Positions 63,091-64,000 of a stretch of DNA of 64,000 nucleotides are shown here, piece after piece. The DNA is taken from positions 33,713,029 to 33,777,028 of the forward strand of contig NC_068985.1 in the NCBI RefSeq assembly GCF_001194135.2, written 5' to 3'. The notes beneath the pieces were generated by a model. That model was not told where the DNA came from, searched no databases, and saw nothing but the letters and a program-made list of their open reading frames with translations. This stretch comes from Octopus bimaculoides. Taxonomy: Eukaryota. The translations under genes were made by a program, and so were the position numbers. Each line of letters begins with the position of its first letter. Positions within the stretch are counted from its first letter, which is position 1.

Positions 63091-64000
63091 CGCATGCATT
63101 GACATTTTATTTTTACTTGTTTCAGTCTTTGGACTGTGACCATACTGGAGCACTGCATTGAAGGGTTTAGTTAAGCAAATTGATCCTAGTACTTATTTTG
63201 CAAGTCTGATATATATATTCAACTACGGTAGTAGTTGAATAATATTCTTAGGGCCGCAATTTACTCACATGTGGCATCTTTCAGAGCGTGTCACTAATTC
63301 GGTTCTTAACCAAATGGGAAACCATTAACATTTTTTAAGAGGACTGGTCCCTAGCTACAGTTTGACATTAAAAAATTGAGATTTGGTCCAGTAGAAAAAA
63401 GTTTACATCAAAATTTGAAGCGATGTTATAGGAGAGTAAGTCATTCCACCAACAAAGTTTAGATCTAAATAAGTTTTTTATTTTAAAAGCAAAATACATT
63501 TATCTTAGCTTCAATGATAGAAGAAAGCATGAAGAATTTCATAGTTTTGATCTCATGCAACAAAAGTTTGCATCAAAAAAGTTGTGAGGCAAAATATCAC
63601 ATAAAGATATAAGGCAAAAAATTGGATTTAAGTATAATTAACTTTATTATTTTAAAAACAAACTATATTTTAATTAAGCTTAAATGATAGAACTCAATTC
63701 AAGGAATTTCATGGTATCAATCTCATGCAATGAAGTTTTAAAAGGAAAAAGTTATGAGTGTTTGTTTCTCAAATTTGAGGGTGATAAAATAGTTTTATAC
63801 TTTTTTATGAATATAGTTCGAGAACACCCGGCAAGCCAAGTGAGACTGTAACTGTGCCCTATGCCAGTGCAGCATAACCAGCTCATTTAAGAGTACCCTT
63901 CAATCATTGAACAATTAACTGAGCTTGCTTGAATGATGCCTTTTACATGCCACCGGCACAGGAGCCAGTCAGGCAGCACTGGCAATGACCACGCTCAAAT

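Overview
AT-rich eukaryotic genomic DNA, very probably from an octopus. This is inferred from the repeat families, the dense (TA)n/(CA)n/(ATT)n/(CAT)n microsatellites and 7 N-gaps. Host genes: (1) an unidentified + strand terminal coding exon at 727-826; (2) the first three coding exons of a + strand medium-chain acyl-CoA synthetase (ACSM3-like) at 52001-52309, 55631-55731 and 62737-62849, continuing past the window; (3) a weak candidate - strand spliced gene at about 36.9-43.7 kb. The rest is a mosaic of mobile elements: CR1-group, RTE, R4/Dong-like and HERO-like LINE fragments, Penelope-like element (PLE) fragments, a decayed mariner, hAT/piggyBac-type MITEs and three tRNA-derived SINE families. 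The most unusual structures are head-to-head fold-back units built from retroelement 3' ends. The main one (9.3-9.8 kb) joins a tRNA-like Pol III head to PLE-type tails carrying hammerhead-ribozyme motifs; another (32.1-32.4 kb) is made of two inverted restriction-like-endonuclease (RLE) LINE termini. Several further hammerhead-like motifs and microsatellite-targeted stacks of retroposons are present. Most ORF-track entries are microsatellite translations. All alignments were read by eye; no searches were run.
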